A stretch of DNA of 64,000 nucleotides from NCBI RefSeq assembly GCF_963921235.1, contig NC_086104.1, positions 90,396,001-90,460,000 on the forward strand, given 5' to 3'. The position numbers and the translations under genes are program-made. The stretch comes from Mobula hypostoma (lineage: Eukaryota). Positions 24,128 through 37,830 of the stretch are shown in pieces (the stretch's first letter is position 1; each line of letters opens with the position of its first letter). The notes below the pieces were generated by a model, which was not told the origin of the DNA, made no database searches, and saw only the letters and a program-made list of their open reading frames with translations.

Positions 24128-24821
24128 GTGAGTTCCACGATTGTTTTTGGCAATTTTTTCCTACAGAAGTGCTTTGCCACTACTTTCTTCTGAATAGTGT
24201 CTTTACAAGTTGGGTGATAGCTATTATCAATACTCTTCAGAGATTGTCTGCCTGGCGTCTGTGGTTGCATAACCAGGACTTACGATGGGCACCAGCTGCT
24301 CATGTGACCATCTACCAGCCCCTCCCATGGCTTCACGTGACCCTGATCAGGGAGCTAAGCAGGTGCTACACCTTGCCCAACAGTGACCTGCAGGCCAGCA
24401 GAGCCTTACACCTCCTTTGGTAGAGACGCATCTCCACCCCGCCACCCATCTTGTCATGTACAATACCATTGCTCTTTCTCATCAGCCTGTGCTGAGATGT
24501 TTTGTAGGTCTTGTGTGTGATTTAGGACTACAGAGTCTTCTGTACAGGTGCAAAATTAATTGAACCTTGTGAAATCTGCAGGAAACATACCCAATTCTGA
24601 CTTTTTTTTTAAATGGAAGGACAATCACTGTCATTTAGTTAGTAACATTGCTTTGAGGAGCTACCATAGCAATATATCAATAGATAGATAGATACACTTT
24701 ATTGATCCCGAGGAAAATGCTAAGCTAACTGACTTCCAACAATCACAACCACCTGCTTTTATGCTAAATACTTCTTCATCCAAAGGAAAGTTTCACACAT
24801 TATTATTATTCGGATATCTTA

Positions 24822-25060
24822 AACAACACACACACAAAGTTCCAGAAGATCTCTGCAGGTCAGGAAGCATCTATGGAGGGGAATAAGCAGTCAATGTTTC
24901 AGGCCAAATCCCTTTATCAGGCAAGGAAAAGGAAGGGGGAAGAAGCCAGAGTAAGAAGGCAAGAGGAAGGGGAAGGAGTACAAGCTGGCTGATGATAAGG
25001 TGAGACCAGGAGAGACCAGGAGAGACCAGGTGAGGGGATGAAGTGAGAAGCTGGCAGTAC
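24822..25060 (-). mobile_element. Penelope-type 3' terminal fragment
   Basis: Family arm gcaggtcaggaagcatctatgg...cagtcaatgtttcaggcc followed by a purine-rich body. Confidence 0.6.
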
Positions 25061-25484
25061 AGTCATTCAGCTCATCCGTAGAATTCAGCTCTTTAACCAT
25101 AATGGATCTTGTGACTTTTAAAAGGCAGCTGAATAGGGACGGTTCAGAAGGATGTGGGCCAAACACCAGCAGAGGGGGACTAGCTGGGATGGGCACCTTG
25201 GTTGGCTAGGACAGTTGGGCTGAAGGATCTGCTTCTGTGCTGTGTGACTCTCCGCCACTTGGCTCTTGCAGCTGAGTCGTCCTCAACTACACATCGGTCA
25301 TGCACAGTTTGCCTAAGAGCATGGTTAGACCTTGCTAATGTGTGAGACTGAATTACTGGGATGGCAGTCTGCCATACTGGATCTGTGGTGCAAAACATAC
25401 GAGACCGATTTTCCATGCTGTGGCCAGTCCTGGTGTTGTAGCTGTGCTATGCAGGTTCTCTGGAGACGTGGCTGGTTTCACAGC

Positions 25485-25840
25485 GTAAGACACAAGAACA
25501 AAATTAAGCCATTCGGCCCATTGAGTCTGCTCCACCATTCAATCATGGCTGATTTATTATCCCTCTCAACCCCACTCTCCTGCCTTCTCCCCAAAGCCTT
25601 TGATGTCCTGACTAATCAAGAACCTATCAACCTCCACCCTAAATACACCCAATGATTTGGCCTCCACAGCCCTCTGTGGTAACGAATTCCTGATTCACCA
25701 CCCTCTAGCTAAAGGAATTCCTCCTCATCTCTGTTCCAAAGGGATACCTGTCTATTCTGATGGTGTGCCCACTGGTGCTAGTCTCCCGCACTATAGGAAA
25801 CATCCTCTCCTTGTCCACTCTATCTAGTTTCAATGAGGAT
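25485..25840 (-). mobile_element. CR1 3' end fragment
   Basis: Homologous to the 3' ends at 21609 and 26933. Confidence 0.85.
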
Positions 25841-26394
25841 CCCCCCCACCCCACCTTACTCGGCAACACTACAGCCAGCATCTTGTTGTGCTTTACCGGA
25901 CCCAGTACACTCAGCCTTTTCCAGATATCACTCAGCTGCCTTCTGTCACGGGGAGGACTTTAGCAGAAGGCAGACACTGGTTATTCACTTCAATGGTTCT
26001 GCCTGAAGATCGCAGCATGTTTTAACTCGTTTTAATTTTGCGCTTGCCTGCTGGGCTCCAGGCTCCAAACACAAACGCAATCATGTCGGTTGTTAAAATG
26101 CCCATCACTGTTCACGACCAGAGATGCCAGTGCTGGCAGAGCTTCGGCCTGCTGTGTTGATTTTTACTTGCTCCAGGTTTAATGGTGCCAAGCTGCTCGT
26201 GGCTTTGGGATGCGACCCCATCAGGTTTAAATGTTTTGTGCCACATTCACTTGATGTAGCACCCAAGGGTGCCCTCCTGCACTCTCCACTGAGCCAGTGT
26301 TGGTCTCTGGCATGAAGGGAATGGTGGACAGAAGGTCACGCTTGGCCACAATTAAGGTGGAAAGCAATTTCCAACAATGATGGCCGACATCAGC

Positions 26395-26628
26395 CTGTGA
26401 ATCTTATCTGTGGAATGCTCTGCCTCAGAAGGCAGTGGAAGACAATTCTCTGGATGCTTTCAAGAAAGAGTTAGATAGAGCTTTTAATGATAGTGGAGTC
26501 AAGGGATATGGGGAGAAGGCAGGAACGGGGTACTGATTGTGGATGATCAGCCATGATCACGGTGAATGGCGGTGCTGGCTCGAAGGGCCGAATGGCCTAC
26601 TCCTGCACCTATTGTCTATTGTCTATTA
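26395..26628 (+). mobile_element. CR1 3' end fragment with (CTATTGT)n tail
   Basis: Near-identical to 47170-47400. Confidence 0.9.
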
Positions 26629-26932
26629 CCTCAATAAGGCCAGGTAGAAAGGTCACAGTCCCACACAACATGACTGAGGTTGCTCTTGGTATGAAGATGG
26701 GATTTAAGAATCCAGAAACACTGTGCAGTGGTCATTCCAATACTGTCATGGACAAAATACATCCTATGAATAGACTGATGATGATGAAAGCATAACTCTC
26801 TCAGACACACATGCTAGTCAATGTAGCAGGTTCATTCTCTTTTCAGTAGTCATAACACAGGACTACATTTCCCAGGGAACAGTGGTACCCCCAGTATAGT
26901 GTATATACTATGCCTTTGCAGTCCTGTCTTTT

Positions 26933-28382
26933 TAAGACTATAAGATACAGAAGCAGAAGTAGGTCATTTAGCCCATAAAGTCTGCTCTGCCATTCAACTG
27001 TGGGCTGATCCAATTCTTCCAGTCATCCCCACTTCCCTGCCTTCTCCCCATACCCTTTGATGCCCTGGTTAATCAAGCACCTATCTATCTCTGCCTTAAA
27101 TACACCCAATGACTTGGCCTCCACAACCTCTCATGGTAACAAATTCCACAGATTTACCACCCTCTGACTAAAGTAATTTCTCTGCATCTCTGTTCTAAAT
27201 GGATGTCCTTTAATCCTGAAGTCATGCTCTCATGTCCTAAACTCCTCTACCATGGGAAATAACTTTGCCATATCTAATCAGTACAGGCCTTTTAACATTC
27301 AGAAAGTTTCTATGAGATCCCCCCCTCATTCTTTTGAACTCCAGGGAATACAGCCCAAGAGCTGCCAGAAGTTCCTCATATGGTAACCCTTTCATTCCTG
27401 GAATCATTCTCGTGAATCTTCTCTGGACCCTCTCCAATGTCAGTATATCCTTTCTAAAATAAGGAGCCCAAAACTGCACACAATACTCCAAGTGTGGTCT
27501 CACGAGTGCCTTATAGAGCCTCAACATCACATCCCTGCTCTTATATTCTATATCTCTAGAAATGAATGCCAACATTGCATTTGCCTTCTTCACCAACGAC
27601 TCAACCTGGAGGTTAACCTTTAGGATATCTTGCACAGGGACTCCCAAGTCCCTTTGCATCTCTGCATTTTGAATTCTCTCCCCATCTAAATAATAGTCTG
27701 CCCGTTTATTTCTTCCACCAAAGTGCAAGACCATACACTTTCCAACATTGTATTTCATTTCCCACTTCTCTGCCAATTCCCCTAAACTATCTAAGTCTCT
27801 CTGCAGGCTCTCTGTTTCCTCAATACTACCCACTCCTCCACCTATCTTTGTATCATCAGCAAATTTAGCCACAAATCCATTAATCCCATAGTCCAAATCA
27901 TTGACATACATCATAAAAAGCAGCGGTTCCAACACCGACCCCTGTGGAACTCCACTGGTAACCAGCAGCCAGCAGGAATAGGATCCCTTTACTCCCACTC
28001 TCTGTTTTCTGCTGATCAGCCAATCCCATGCTAGTAACTCCCCTGTAATTCCATGGGCTCTTATCTTGCTAAGCAGCCTCATGTGCAGCATTTTGTCAAA
28101 GGCCTTCTGAAAATCCAAGTACACCACATCTACTGTATCTCCTTTGTCTCCTTTGCTTGTAACTTCCTCAAAAAATTGCAGTAGGTTAGTTAGATGGTGT
28201 TTTCCTTTCAGGAAACCATGCTGACTTTGGCCTATCTTGTCATGTGCCTCCAGGTACTCCGTAATCTCATCCCGAACAATGGATTCCAATAACTTCCCAA
28301 CCACTGACGTCAGGCTAACAGGTCTATAGTTTCCTTTCTGCTGCCTCCCACCCTTCTTAAATAGCGGAGTAATGTTTGCAAA
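26933..28382 (-). mobile_element. 5'-truncated CR1 LINE; RT ORF 27237-28304 (355 aa)
   Basis: [40 protein letters not shown]. Confidence 0.95.
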
Positions 28383-28477
28383 TCAGCCAGGCATAGTGGA
28401 GGTTGGGAAGTTGCCAACAGGAGCTATGATACTGGAATAGTTATCATGCACATTGTAAACGTGTGCACGCAAGCACC

Positions 28478-28702
28478 AGATACAAAATGCTGGAGGAACT
28501 CAGTATATCAGACAGCATCTATGAAAATGATTTGGGCCAAGACCCTTTATGAGGACTGGTTAAAGATAGACTGTTATTAAACAGAGACTGTTTAATAATT
28601 TTCCCAGATGCTGCCTGACCTGCTGTATTCTTCCAGCATTTTGTGTGTGTTGTTTTGAATGTGTTACACTGGATTTCTACCATCTGCAAAGTCTCTCGTT
28701 TT
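28478..28702. mobile_element. Degenerate fold-back Penelope-derived element
   Basis: acaaaatgctggaggaactcag ... gatgctgcctgacctgctgtattcttccagcattttgtg inverted arms. Confidence 0.7.
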
Positions 28703-30599
28703 TATGGTGTGCAGAAGGTACATTTTCAAGTAAAAGGGTAACAATGATTGTCCTCTCAGAGGCTCATTGGTCTTGATCAGTGTTAAGACTTTGGAGTGGG
28801 GGGGGTAGTTTCACACCAAGCAAAACAATTTCAAAATAGGTTTCTCTTAAACTAAACAACTGGATTCACATATTGGCTCAGAGAGGAAACTTTTAAATTC
28901 TATTTTAAGGGGATTAGTTTACTACACAGCAAGATTCATCCAGAGCTCCGACCTGCAATAAGATGAATTATATAACTTAATTAGATGTGACAAAATGTCT
29001 GACATTATGACATTACACCATTAAATGAGGTCAAAGCTCATTTGCTACACGATCCCAAGTGACAACAGTAAATCTGCGATAACTAGAAATGAAAGGAAGG
29101 GGCACCTCGGACACTCAAATTTAACATGGGAGCAAGTTATTGAGAAGCAATGCGTAACCAGGAGAAAGTCCGACAAAAACAGCTGCTCCCAAGCCTGTAC
29201 GGACCAATGCAATGTTATAGATTTTAGTCTGACCATTATCAGGCAAAAGAGAGATAAGCACAGACCTCCAGACAACCCCCGATCTTTTGGGCAGGCAGCC
29301 CAAAACAGATTAGATTAGAGAGCAAAGATGGTTATCTTTAATCCTATCAGCTGTTTGTGAAATGTGTACTGTTGTGTGCGAGATTGCGAGTACACAGAAG
29401 ACACCTTCACTGAATGCTAAGGAGAGCGTCTCGGATGCGCTTGTTATGTCGATGAGATCAGAAGAGCAAGAAAATATTCGAACAATAACTAAGCTTTTAA
29501 ACAAAGAGTCTGACACTATTCTATAGGACAATTCACTACTACGAAAATGATATGGTGTATTACTAACCAAATGAAACGCAGATTAGAAGAGTAAACAAGG
29601 CAAGCGGGTGAAATTAATGAGATGAAGTATGGATCTCTGATAAAAGTTCCACAATTCCAAAAAAAAAGCAGACACCATTGAAGAATTAAACGGGATGGGG
29701 AAAATATTTTCTTTGATTATTTCTGTAGTTTAAGAGTCCTACTATATAAAAAAAGAGAGAGCTTGTGTTGAAAAGGCAATGAACTAGTTATGAATCCTGA
29801 ATGGTGGGATGCAGTTTGCAATATAGAGCAGTATCTGTGAGAAAAGTTTAATGCCTTCAAGAATTCCAGCATGTTTTTGCTTTTTGTTTTAGGTAAAGAT
29901 GAAGGCCAGGGGAAAGAAGTGAAGAAAGGCTGTTTGGAAGCCCCAAGGAAAACAGGGAACACCCTACCACTTCAGATTAGACCTAACACTTTATCAATTT
30001 ACAGAAATAAGTGAGGTTCTAGAGACCTCAGTGGTCATCCGACGATTGCTGGCTAAAAGGCTTGGCTCCCAGAGGCAGGTGTGCTCAATGACACTGCAGC
30101 GATGGCATGCAACCAGCCACTTGGAAAGTTTGGGGCCCGCTAATGACAAAACTTTCTAAGTATGACACCGAGGTGACAATGGACTGTACTGACGTGAGAG
30201 GACATTTGGAAAAGCATCCCCAAAGGACCAGCTCTCACAAGGCAGCCAGAATTGCAGGTGGCTTCAAAGACTACATGATCTGCACAATAAACAGAGCTTC
30301 TAGAACAAAAAGATTGTACATTGGAGAAACTCCTCAGCTGACAGGCACTCGCCCAATTTGTTATTTCAAGTAGCCACATTTCTTTTCAGAGCGCTGCCAA
30401 TTACCCACAATTTACGTCCCATGAGCTTTCTCAGGACTCCAAGCTACAAATGCGCAGGTCTCTCACTTCTAAATCAAGAGACTGTAGTTGAAGGAGACTT
30501 GCAAACAAAAATTTTTATCAGCATTCAAAGAGTGCTAAGATGTGGATTCGACCTTTTAGGTAAGCCGATACATCTTTGTTCTCTTTAATGAACACACAA

Positions 30600-30855
30600 G
30601 ATATTATTGCAAAGGACAGCACGGGAGTTATTCCTGATGTTCTAATGTTTATTCTTCAACCAAGATTACTAAAAAAACAATTATCTGGTGTTTAGCAGAT
30701 TCATATCTCCGGCAGATGGTGCACAAATTCACAGCTGCTTTCTAACATTAGAACTGAGAGAAGACTTCCAAAGTACTTCATGGACCTTCAAAGCCTCTGG
30801 ACAACCTGACCGTGATGTGATTGGTACCAGAATAATGCAAATTCTCCTCTTTTTC
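30600..30855 (+). mobile_element. Degenerate Deu-domain SINE 3' half
   Basis: gggagttattcctgatgttcta...aattatctgg...gcacaaattcacagctgctttctaacatta...aaagtacttcatgg. Confidence 0.55.
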
Positions 30856-31344
30856 TACTTGCCCATCCAAAAGGCCGGTTGTACAAAATGGTGTTATTAG
30901 GCAATGCAGATTAAATCCCATTGCTTAACTGCATTCAAGCCTGAATTAAACAGGCTTGTTCCTGGCTGGCAAGTGAGCCTTTGTCACAAGTAACCACAGG
31001 AAATTTACTGGTTTACTCAAGAATCATGCCCTTTAGCATTATAGAATGTGTTTACTGGTAACACCATCTTTTCATTGAATTCACAAAAGCTTTTGTGTAT
31101 ATGGTACAGTGACTTAAACTTCTTGTAATTACAGCTCTTAATCATTTCAAATTCAAAACAGATCAAACAGGAGGCGAGCTGGCTAATCCCTCACACTCAT
31201 TGAAGGGGGAACCAAAGTTCTTTTATAAAAAAAAGTTTAAGGAAAAGAAAGGGTTAAAAACAACGGACAACTGGATAGAATGTGGTCACAAGGACAGCAA
31301 AACAAACCTGACAGAAATCTAAAAACAACTTTTTTTTAAAAAGA

Positions 31345-31603
31345 GGACAGGGCTTTAAGGTAAGGGGTGGGAAGTTCAAGGGGGATATTAGAGGAAGGTT
31401 TTTTACTCAGAGAGTGGTTGGTGCATGGAATGCACTGCCTGAGTCAGTGGTGGAGGCAGATACACTAGTGAAGTTTAAGAGACTACTAGACAGGTATATG
31501 GAGGAATTTAAGGTGGAGGGTTATATGGGAAGCAGGGTTTGAGGGTCGGCACAACATTGTGGGCCGAAGGGCCTGTAATGTGCTGTACTATTCTACGTTC
31601 TAT
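31345..31603 (+). mobile_element. CR1 3' end (different subfamily)
   Basis: FFTQRVVGAWNALP coding remnant, gggccgaagggcctgt stem-loop and (ttctatg)-type tail. Confidence 0.9.
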
Positions 31604-34600
31604 TAAAATTAATTTATATTATTACTTGCTCAGATTGCACGAGAGAGTTGTGCAATGACTTAATGTCTTGTTAGGGAAGATTAGAGGGAGTTGAAGATAC
31701 CACAACTGTTTAGCTGAACTTTGGAAAGCAAGAAGTTGCCATAAGCATTGACAAGCTGTTTTTAATCAATAGAACAATGTTTAAAATAACAATTTTATAC
31801 AGATCGTAAGGGTTACAACAGAAGAAGTTGAAAGAATACATTGAGAATAAAGTAATCACAGAGCGACACAACATAGAAGCAAACACTTATGTCCACTGAA
31901 TCTGCACCAGCCATCAACCACTGACATACACAGGGCTCCCCACCTTTTTTCTATACCATGGACCTCTGCCATTAACCAAATGGTCTGTGGACCCCAGGTT
32001 TGGAACTCCTGCACTTGTACAAACTTACATGAATCCCATTTTTTATTCTCCCCGCCCCCTCCAAACTACCACCCACCTACATGCAGGGCCAATCAACTGA
32101 ACAACCAGCACATCGTTAGCACGTGGGTAGAAACCAGAACAACAGACAAAATGTATATGGTCATAGGGACAACGTACAGAGGGTGGCAAAAGCTGAAACT
32201 GAACCCAGCTTTACATTATTCTTGTACTTCCACATATATAAAGAATCTTTATTTATAATACTACTTAACATAATTTCAATTAAATTAATTACTGGATAAA
32301 GTTTGCAGCCTTGGTTGAATGCTGCTATTCAAATGTTTAAGAGTAAAGAACAGTACAGGGGTGAGATAGATTGGCTAGTTGAGTGCTGTTGAAATGTTCC
32401 CTCAACTTGCTCTTGCTGAAGTTAACAATCAATTCCTTAGTCTTCCTGCATCATTATGGACCCCCCACCAACCCAGGTTTTGTTCTCTCCTCGTTACTAC
32501 CATTAAGGAAGAGGTACAGGAGCTTGAAGACACACACTTAACATTTTAGGAACAGATTCTTCCCCTCTGCTATCTATCAGATTTCTGAATGGACAATGAA
32601 CCAGCACAAGAACTCTACCATACTAATTCCATTCCCTTTTTGTACTGTTCATCTAATTTATTTTTTAAATACATAGTTTTTATGTATTGGACTATCTGCT
32701 GCTGCTGCAAAATAACATTTCATGAAATACAGCCTTCAGGCTGGGCCCTCCGATAGCAAAGCACGGCCACGGGCGACAAGCCTCCTACAGCTCCAGTTTT
32801 CCATTTAAGAGACAGCTACTCCACATGGAACTACCAGCTTTTCCCTACTTCACTGTGTAAAGCTCAGGACTCCAAGCCCAAGTCTGCTCACATGTGCTGT
32901 AGGAACAAATGTGTACAGCCATTACACTGCCCGTGAAGTCCAGAAGGATTTTAAAAATAGCCAGATTAGGCCATTTAGTGTCTGTTTCACAACAGCAGTA
33001 CCCTTAATGATGAAAAATCTCTGGCTCAGATATGCACAGTTTCTGAGTCTCCACAACCCTTTTGCAGAATTGGGAAGGAAGACTGCCAAAGTGGAAATAT
33101 TATACCAACATCTAACCTGTCAAGCCCGGTGAGAATTCGCATGCTTCATTTACATCACCTCTTCTCAGATTTTGTTTGTGGTTGTCAGTCTCTATTTGGG
33201 TGTAGTTTTTCACTGCACTTCTCTGTTCTGTTGTGAATGTGCGCAAGAACATCTCAAGGTAGTGCATGGTGACATCTATGTGCTTTGATAATAAATTTAC
33301 TCTTCTCATTCAGACAAAGCGGCACAGATCCAGACTGCTTAATCTCTCCTGGTATGAGAGTCAATCCAGGGAATCCCCTTGGACCACCTTTATCCCAAGT
33401 ATATCCTTCCAATGATAGGAAGCTCACAGCTATGTGCAATGTTCTCACCATGGCACAGTTAATTCCAGTAGGACATCTTTACTCCAGTACTCAGGTGGAC
33501 ATGGTGGAGTGAAAGACACATTTCACTGCTCTGTCGCTCCATGGTTGATAATTGTACATCAGCTTTTATGTGACCAATTTTGTGCTTCAAATGGAGTGTT
33601 TAGCAGCGTATATAAAAGTTGGGAGACAAGTTGGGGAAACGTGAAGCACCAGACCCGCACTTCCCACATTACAATGCAGCCACATTAGAGATTTTTACTT
33701 TCCTTGAAACAACCCATCCCTACAGTTTCCGTGATTTTACAGGAATACTTTTTCTGATGTCTCCGGAGAATGGGTGTGATTAACCTTTTCCTGAGCAACT
33801 GGTGGGGTCAAGACCCTTTTTCTGTGCTTTATGAAGTTGCGGAGCCTGAAAACAGACTTTGACCAGCTGCTGTGATATTTCTGTGGTTCACACGTGAGTT
33901 TTGCTCAGAAAGCCCCTTTCTAGCAGAGAGGAGGATTCTTAGTGGAGGACGATGCTCGGGGACTTCCAGAAGGAATGTGATTAAAAACCCTCTTATTGTC
34001 CAAGTTAAAAGTTCAGAGAGGTACAGGAAAATTATTGGCTTGGTTAGGAAATCAGCACAGAAGAAGCAGGAAACTAACAGGATGTGACCACTGGTGCCCT
34101 TCAAAGATCTGTATTCAGGTCAGAATGATTCACTGAAATTATAAATGGCTTTGACAGTGGAGGAAAAGCCACATATGTAAGTATACCAGTGAGAGACTCA
34201 CATCATTAAAAAGGCAAGGGGCTCTCATTGTCTGAGATAATGCTCAAACTCACGCCATGTACATTTCATTTTAGGTGAGCATTCAGGACATCCACTGTAC
34301 CAAAAATAACTACTTATAAATTCTGAAAAGTTAGAAATGGAGTTTCCAAGAGACTAGGGATAATTATGCTAGGGCACTAGCAAAATGATTAAAATGTCAA
34401 ATGTCGTCCTCTCCGGGTCTCCATTCTGACACATAGACATAGTCATACTTTATTGATCCCGGGGACAGCTGGGAGATGGTGACTCACTTTCTGCTCCCAC
34501 TTCAGTTCCTCGGCTTTGCTGCCATTCAGTGTCTCGGAGCGCTTCTGTCCTGTCCTCACCATCACCATCTTCACTGCCTGGATTCTGTTCTTCCGGCCAG

Positions 34601-34789
34601 CGCGTCTCAGAATGGACACCCAGAACAAATCAAACCTGGCAGTGGCCGGACCGTGATCAGGCATAAGAGAGGTGGCCGGTTCTCTGTCCCCTTCACCGTC
34701 AGGTCAGCTCCGACCACCTGAAAGTGTTGGGGATCTGGTTCGGAGGGGCCGAGGCGTGCTGGGAAAAAAAAATGTCAAGTGTCCATAAC

Positions 34790-36220
34790 AAACAAAATGG
34801 TTAATGGAATACTGACCTTCACATCTGGAGGAAGAAGGGCAGAGGTAGGGAGGAAGAAGTGAGTTATGATGCAGCCTGGGTCGATCACACCAGGAGAACC
34901 ACGGGTAGCTCTGTACACCTCTTGGGAAAAATCTACTGTCCTTAGGATGAGTTCAACAAAAGACCTACCAGATCCGTGCACTCCAGGTTCAATTATAGGT
35001 AGTGATTTAAAAAAAAACACAGGAACTGCATTTCCTGAAATTTAGGAGATTAAGGGGTAATGCAATTGTGCTTTTCAAAGTATTATTTGATGGAGTAACA
35101 GAGAGGATGAACAAGTGAAATGACGTTGGGTTGTATATTTGGACTTCTAGAAAAAACCTTGATTCTATGCCTCATAGTAGACTTATCAAAGACAACGAAG
35201 GACTTTGAATAAAAGGAACTCATTGACAGAAAATTGACAAATACCAGGAAAAGCTGGGGTAGTGAATGGCTGCAGGGAAGTTCCTCAGGGGTGGGATGGC
35301 AATAGGTTCCAAGGAGATATACAGAGGCTGGAGGAATGAATGGACAGGTGACAGATGAAACTTAAATGGAGGAATGCAAAGACTTATGTTTTGATAGGAA
35401 AACTAGAAGGGGCAAAATAAACTAGCACAATGTTTAAAGTGATGCAAGAACAGAGAGATTGGGGGGGGGTATATCTGCATAGTTCACTGAAAAAGTATAA
35501 AAAGTATGAAAAAGCAGAAAAAGTATAGAATCCTGGACTTCTTAAATAGAACTGTAGAGAGCAAAGAGTCATAGTGTACCTCAAGTGTTGCATCCAGTTC
35601 TGGGTGTTGTGTTTTAAGGAAAGATGTAAAAACTTCAGCAGATATACAGAAGAGATTAAAGAAATGATTCCAAGACTAAGAGACTTTAGTTATGTGGATA
35701 GCATAGTGAAGTTGAGATTTATGTCCTTAGAACAAACGAAGCTCCGAGAAGATAAGTCAAGATTATGTAAAATTAGAAAAGGTGCAGAATCTCATTGAAG
35801 GGTTCAGGAACAAGGGGACATCGCATGAAGGCAAATATCAAAATAAATATACGGAGGGGTTAACTATTTCTACGCAGTGACTGGTTAGAGTCTGGAAATA
35901 GAGGGACAGGTTCCATTGTGGCATTCAAAAGAAGACAGGCACCATACATGGAAAGTAAGGACAACAAAAAGAAGGTTGGACATATGGGTAGGTTAGGTAT
36001 ATTTTTTACTGACCCTTTATGTACCCAACAGGCTGAATGGCCTCCTTTCTTGCTGTAACCATTTTCTGATATTAAGGGGAATCTGACAGAATAAATAGAG
36101 AGAAACAATTCCTTTTGGTTGTGGAATCAAATCCGGGGGCCAAGCCTAAGTACTGGAACCAAGCCTTTCAGGAGTGATTATGACACTTTATATCAGGAGG
36201 ATGGCAAAAGATCGAATGTT
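34790..36220 (+). mobile_element. Old, heavily degraded CR1 fragments
   Basis: Remnants such as gtatatttggacttctagaaaaaaccttgat (YLDF.K..D) and CCIQFW; boundaries approximate. Confidence 0.55.
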
Positions 36221-36221
36221 C

Positions 36222-36680
36222 TTCTGAACTGGCAACTGAAGCTGCCCAGAATGGCTGGAAGACCAAGATCTTCCCTGAGGAAGTGGGATGCAGGGGATTC
36301 GTTGCTACATCTACCACCAGTCTATTGAAGAAAATGGGGGTGAAGTGCCACTCCCTCCAACAAGCAATCAAGTCCTTGTCAAATGCAGCAGAAGAAAGCA
36401 GCAATTGGATTTGGATGAAAAGGAAAAACAACAACTGGGCTGCAAGATGAAGAAGAGGGTATGGAACTGAGGCGGGGTGTATCTGGGACGCCAGGTAGCA
36501 CTGTTGAGCCCTCTGGAAACGTCGTGGGCTTATCAACGAAACGTCAAAGAAGGAGGGTGCCCACCTGATGACCCCAATGACGTACCTACCCTCCCTCCTT
36601 GTCACCACTCCAAGCCCACTGCCAACATCAAGAGTGCCGACTTACCCTAGGGATTGAAACATCAAGTCCTAGTAACTCTA
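36222..36680 (+). mobile_element. 3' fragment of a Hero-like (restriction-like endonuclease) non-LTR retrotransposon
   Basis: Translates ELATEAAQNGWKTKIFPEEVGCRGFVATSTTSLLKKMG...AAEESSNWIWMKR..*; EVGCRGF is typical of RLE C-termini. Confidence 0.7.
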
Positions 36681-36891
36681 CTCTACCACTGCGATGTTTG
36701 ATTCTCATTTTTAACCTCAGATAGTGGATTTTTGCTAACCAGTGATTTTAAGGCAAATGGGGCAGAGCAGAGTCCACGTGAACTGACTGCGAGTGAGACT
36801 CCATCAGAACACTCCCTGACTGATGACTGGTAACACCGCATCAGATACCTGGACATGCTCAAACTAACCATTAGTATCGCTGTGCCAAATA

Positions 36892-37435
36892 CATACTGTT
36901 AAAAGTTTTCGGCACATATATATAGCTAGAGTGCCTAAGACTTTTGCACAGTACTGTATTAATTTTATGTTCTGCACTGTACTGTTGCTGCAAAAATAAA
37001 CAAACTTCATGACATACGTGAGTGATGATAAACCTGATTCTGATATGGGTCACTTGTGGACTGAGAGTGGAATGTGGGCAGGGAGAGGGGAATCTTGATT
37101 TGGAAAAGGGGAAGAGAGAGGAGAGCAGGAAACAACACAAAGACTAATTCTGTAAGGATCAATAAACCAATTGTTTGGAATCAAATGACCTTACCTGGTG
37201 TCTCAGGGCTGGGGTGTGTGTTGCACCTGAATCTTCCCCCGCCCCTGGTACTCCTTCTCTGCCACCTGCCCCACACCCCTCCTGTGATGATCCAGCATTG
37301 GCATTTCCAAAATCCACTGCTCCTGCCCGATTTACAAACTCACTCTCCATTCCACGTTGACAAATACAGTACTGTGCAAAAGTCTTAGGCATCCTAGCTA
37401 TATACATGAACCGCTAAGACTTTTGCACAGTACTA
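36892..37435. mobile_element. Composite element bounded by two Tc1 mini-MITEs (36892-36956, 37367-37435); inverted copy of 3413-3898
   Basis: Reverse-complement match of both core and palindromic ends. Confidence 0.8.
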
Positions 37436-37654
37436 TGACACCTAACAAAATCAGTGAGATTCTCAGAATGCCTCACATTCAAAATGACCAGAGATAACAG
37501 TTGTGTGTTCAAACTAATCAAAAGATAAGACACTGAAAACCAAACGTTCAGATTGCTAAATACATTTACGCTGACTATTATCAACAACCTATCAGACACT
37601 TGAACATACATTAACCAGGAATTTGTAACAGTGCCTTAACTGACAGCAAAAGTC

Positions 37655-37830
37655 ACACTGCTGGAGGAACTCAGCGGGTCGGACAGCATCTGGGAAGGGA
37701 AAGGGACAGTCGATATTACAGGTTGAAACCCTCAATCCAGACGTCCATCTTCTTCCACTCCTGTCTATTTCCCTCCACAGGAGCTGCTTGCCCTACTGAG
37801 CTCTCCAGAAGTGCTATTTTTGCTCCATTT
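37655..37830. mobile_element. Degenerate fold-back Penelope-derived element
   Basis: tgctggaggaactcagcgggtcggacagcatc...tgagctctccagaa. Confidence 0.6.

Larger units (their letters stand above)
21558..24450 (-). mobile_element. RTE-tail-type short retroposon split by nested CR1 and Tc1 (pieces 21558-21606 and 24128-24450)
   Basis: ttatgtgccgtg...gatcatagtcttttcat continues as ccacgattgtttttggc...agaagtgctttgcc (RTE-like 3' motif) after the insert; joining relies on recall of the consensus. Confidence 0.6.

Noticed and set aside
30107-30373. ORF containing LYIGETP (GIY-YIG-like box)
   Set aside because: Isolated short motif without the GIY box or other Penelope features; could be chance or an unrecognisable relic.
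34670-34765. Short fragment reading PFTVR...HLKVLGIWFGGAEAC, resembling a Tx1/L1-type RT
   Set aside because: Too short and chimeric to delimit as a feature.
36530-36590. GAAACGTC...CTGATGA in the Hero-like 3' UTR as a type II hammerhead
   Set aside because: Core boxes are present, but I could not form stem I or stem II around them.
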